A stretch of 64,000 nucleotides of DNA from Macrostomum lignano (lineage: Eukaryota), in NCBI GenBank assembly GCA_002269645.1, contig NIVC01000558.1:62001-126000 (forward strand). The letters run 5' to 3'. Shown in pieces: positions 59,872-64,000 of this stretch (the first letter of the stretch is position 1; every line of letters starts with the position of its first letter). A program made the translations under genes and the position numbers. Under the pieces are notes generated by a model. That model did not search any database. It was not told the DNA's origin and worked only from the letters and a program-made list of their open reading frames with translations.

Positions 59872-61715
59872 CTAGCAATTTAAGCCCCCCGTTGGGGGAC
59901 GCAAGAATGACGCCAAATGGTTCTTATTTTGGCCTATGAGTAATAACCTTACCCCCAGTAAGCCTTGACATCTCAGTGATTCCCCCAGTAAGCCTTGACA
60001 TCTCAGCAATTCCCCCAAATAAGCCTTGACATCTCAGCGATACCCCCAGTAAGCCTTGTCATCTCAGCAATTCCCCCAGTTGCCATGAATCAAAACCTTC
60101 ACCAGCCAAAGTTTCCTTCATCAGCCCAAAAGCCTTTCTCATTCAGCAAATAGTACTTATCCTTTCAAGCACAAACTCTTAGTGCATATCGTCATTGGCC
60201 TGGGCGTATTCTGGTCCACAGCAGGAGCTCAATATGCCATAAGCCTTGATGACATCTCATCAATTTCCCCAGTAAGCCATGACATCTCAGAAATTTCCTT
60301 AGTAGGCCTTGACAACTCAGCAATTCCCCCAAGTAAGCCTTGACATTTCAGTAATTCCCCCAGTAAGCCTTGACAACTCAGCAATTCCCCCCAGTAAGCC
60401 TTGACATCTCAGTAATTTCCCCAGTAAGCCTTGACATCTCAGCAATCCCCCCAGTAAGCCTTGAAATCTCAGAAATTCCCCCAGTAAGCCTTGACAACTC
60501 AGCACTTCCCCAGTAAGCCTTGACAACTCAGCACTTCCCCCCAGTAAGCGTTGACATTTCAGCAATTCCCCCCAGTTAGCCTTGACATCTCAGCAATTCC
60601 CCAGTAAGCCTTGACATCTCAGCAATTCCCCCAGTTAGCCTTGACATCTCAGTAATTCCCCCAGTTAGCCTTGACATCTCAGTAATTCCCCCAGTTAGCC
60701 TTGACATCTCAGAATTCCCCCAGTAAGCCTTGAAATCTCGGAAATTCCCCCAATTAGCCTTGAAGTCGCAGCAATTCCCCCAGTAAGCCTTGACAACTCA
60801 GCAATTCTCCCCAGTAAGCCTTGACATCTCAGCAATTCCCCAAAGTAAGCCTTGACATCTCAGCGATTCCCCCAGTAAGCCTTGTCATCTCAGCAATTCC
60901 CCAGTTACCATGAATCAAAACCTTCACTCAGCAGTCTGCAGTTATCCCCTCAACAACTTGCACTTAATCATTCACAGTTATTATCCACTTAAACTCTGTA
61001 GATAGTTATCCCATCGGAAGTTTGCAGCTATACACTCATAAGTCTGGAGGAACTACCTCAGCAGTTTTTCGTTTTTCAACTTTTCAGTTTAAATGAATGA
61101 TCCCTTCGATATTTGATCATTCCATTTGCAGTCTACAACAATTCTCATTTATCCCCTCAGCAGTCTGCAGTTTTCCTCTTTGCTGGCTCCTCAGTATCCT
61201 CAGGAAGCTGCAATGATCCTTTCAATAATTGTACGGCTCATTATATAATCAATTTTCGATAGATATTGGCAGTCTTTTGCACATCAATGCAACGAAGATT
61301 TTGCATCGTCTGCAATTTAGCGATTAGTCCAGGCAGGTACAAGCTACGCGTAATTTATTATACGCGTATTTTATCTCCCACGTGCATACTCTGAAGCTTG
61401 CGAATAATTTAATTATTTATAGCTCGTAGCATCAGCTCAAGAAGTTAAAGTTTAGTCTATGGCCATAGACGTATTATTATTTTTCGAGCTCTCACTGCGA
61501 CAAAAATACACTAATTAGATAGGGAAAATACAGTTTTTTTGAATATTTAAGACCTTTAGAATTGAAGCAGATAAAAGAAATGTTAACCATACAATCCTTG
61601 GCTGAGTTGCAATTGTTTGGTGAAAACGCGATCGAAATTGGTCATGAATTGCAGTCTGTAGAGCGTTTTACACAGACAGACAGACAGACATAGATTAGAG
61701 ATTTAGTATATAAGA
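59872..61715 (-). mobile_element. Non-autonomous Helitron unit 2 (1844 bp) with internal 30-bp array
   Basis: 5' TCTTATATACTAAATC at 61715. 3' hairpin ccccc-aac-gggggg, then CTAG at 59875-59872. Confidence 0.88.
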
Positions 61716-63843
61716 CTAGCAATTTAAGCCCCCCGTTGGGGGACGCAAGAATGACGCTAAATGGTTTTTATTTTGGCCTATGAGTAATAACCTTACCCCC
61801 AGTAAGCCTTGACATCTCAGTGATTCCCCCAGTAAGCCTTGACATCTCAGCAATTCCCTCAGTAAGCCTTGACATCTCAGTAATTCCCCCCAGTAAGCCT
61901 TGACATCTCAGCAATTCCTCCCAGTAAGCCTTGACATCTCAGCAATTCCCCCCAGCAAGCCTTGAAATCTCAGCAATTTCCCGATTAAGCCTTGAAATCT
62001 CAGCAATTCCACCAGTAAGCCTTGACAACTCAGCACTTCCCCCCAGTAAGCCTTGACATCTCAGCAATTCCCCAGTAAGCCTTGACATCTCAGTAATTCC
62101 CCCAGTTAGCCTTGACATCTCAGCAATTCCCCCAGTTAGCCTTGACATCTCAGCAATTCCTCCTAGTAAGCCTTGACATATCAGCAATTCCCCCCAGCAA
62201 GCCTTGAAATCTCAGCAATTCCCCGAGTAAGCCTTGAAATCTCAGCAATTCCCCGAGTAAGCCTTGACATCTCAGCAATTCCCCCCAGCAAGCCTTGAAA
62301 TCTCAGCAATTCCCCCAAATAAGCCTTAACAACTCAGCAATTCTCCCCAAGCCTTGACATCCAGCAATTCCCCCAAATAAGCCTTGTCATCTCAGCAATT
62401 CCCCCAGTTGCCATGAATCAAAACCTTCACCAGCCAAAGTTTCCTTCATCAGCCCAAAAGCCTTTCTCATTCAGCAAATAGTACTTATCCTTTCAAGCAC
62501 AAGCTCTTAGTGCATGTCGTCATTGGCCTGGGCGTATTCTGGTCCGCAGCAGGAGCTCAATATGCCATAAGCCTTGATGACATCTCATCGATTTCCCCAG
62601 TAAGGCATGACATCTCAGAAATTCCCTTAGTAAGCCTTGACATCTCAGTAATTCCCCCAGTAAGCCTTGACATCTCAGAATTCCCCCAGTAAGCCTTGAA
62701 ATCTCGGAAATTCCCCCAATTAGCCTTGAAGTCGCAGCAATTCCCCCAGTAAGCCTTGACAACTCAGTAATTCCCCCAGTTAGCCTTGACAACTCAGCAA
62801 TTCCCCCAGTTAGCCTTGACAACTCAGCAATTCCCCCAGTTAGCCTTGACATCTCAGAATTCCCCCAGTAAGCCTTGAAATCTCGGAAATTCCCCCAATT
62901 AGCCTTGAAGTCGCAGCAATTCCCCCAGTAAGCCTTGACAACTCAGCAATTCTCCCCAGTAAGCCTTGACATCTCAGCAATTCCCCAAAGTAAGCCTTGA
63001 CATCTCAGCGATTCCCCAGTAAGCCTTGTCATCTCAGCAATTCCCCAGTTACTATGAATCAAAACCTTCACTCAGCAGTCTGCAGTTATCCCCTCAACTT
63101 GCACTTAATCATTCACAGTTATTATCCACTTAAACTCTGTAGATAGTTATCCCATCGGAAGTTTGCAGCTATACACTCATAAGTCTGGAGGAACTACCTC
63201 AGCAGTTTTTCGTTTTTCAACTTTTCAGTTTAAATGAATGATCCCTTCGATATTTGATCATTCCATTTGCAGTCTACAACAATTCTCATTTATCCCCTCA
63301 GCAGTCTGCAGTTTTCCTCTTTGCTGGCTCCTCAGTATCCTCAGGAAGCTGCAATGATCCTTTCAATAATTGTACGGCTCATTATATAATCAATTTTCGA
63401 TAGATATTGGCAGTCTTTTGCACATCAATGCAACGAAGATTTTGCATCGTCTGCATTTTAGCGATTAGTCCAGGCAGGTACAAGCTACGCGTAATTTATT
63501 ATACGCGTATTTTATCTCCCACGTGCATACTCTGAAGCTTGCGAATATTTAATTATTTATAGCTCGTAGCATCAGCTCAAGAAGTTAAAGTTTAGTCTAT
63601 GGCCATAGACGTATTACTATTTTTTGAGCTCTCACTGCGAGAAAAATGCACTAATTAGATAGGGAAAATACAGTTTTTTTAATATTTAAGACCTTTAGAA
63701 GTGAAGCAGATAAAAGAAATTTTGAACCATACAATCCTTGGCTGAGTTGCAATTTTTTGGTGAAAACGCGATCAAAATTGGTCAAGAATTGCAGTCTGTA
63801 GAGCGTTTTACACGGACATAGATTAGAGATTTAGTATATAAGA
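61716..63843 (-). mobile_element. Non-autonomous Helitron unit 3 (2128 bp), near-identical to unit 2 apart from array length
   Basis: Same termini: 5' TC at 63843 and 3' CTAG at 61719-61716 with hairpin. Confidence 0.88.
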
Positions 63844-64000
63844 CTAGCAATTTAAGCCCCCGTTGGGGGGCGCAAAAATGACGCAAGTGGTTTTTATTTT
63901 GGCCAATGAGTAATAACCTTACTTATTATTCAAAATCCAATCAAAACTTACTTTTTCAAATTTTTGGCAAAAATAAATTGCCATGAATCAAAACCTTCAC
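63844..64000 (-). mobile_element. Helitron unit 4, 3' end only (continues beyond the window)
   Basis: CTAG at 63847-63844 with hairpin. It reaches gccatgaatcaaaaccttcac without the long 30-bp array. Confidence 0.8.

Overview
Eukaryotic (metazoan) genomic DNA: GC-rich exons, GT-AG introns and very high minisatellite content. The style resembles the free-living flatworm Macrostomum, but this is inference and unverified. I reconstructed ten genes by hand from splice sites and reading frame. From left to right: a PAN/apple + Thr-rich + fibrinogen-C lectin (5' incomplete, +), a secreted PLA2 (-), an intronless DHHC palmitoyltransferase (-), a tightly packed co-oriented run HROB -> UROD -> LOTUS/Tudor (TDRD5-like) -> ORC1 (+), a decayed EGFR-like kinase-less receptor pseudogene (+), and LRRC58 -> GINS4/SLD5 (-). 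The right third is mobile DNA. It holds a MULE remnant with TIRs and TSD, then a minus-strand Helitron (54982-59871) encoding an RPA70-like protein and an intact PIF1 helicase that lacks the Rep/HUH nuclease. That element is joined head-to-tail by exact CTAG|TC junctions to at least three non-autonomous Helitron units running off the window end. Best leads: (1) the heterologous Helitron concatemer with Rep-less helicase + RPA cargo; (2) candidate SL trans-spliced operons, where intercistronic regions look like introns (minisatellite, then a 3' splice site just before the ATG); (3) almost every intron carries its own private minisatellite, and one is full of decoy splice sites; (4) an apparently BAH-less ORC1, a kinase-less EGFR-like decoy and a PLA2 with a hydrophobic tail.
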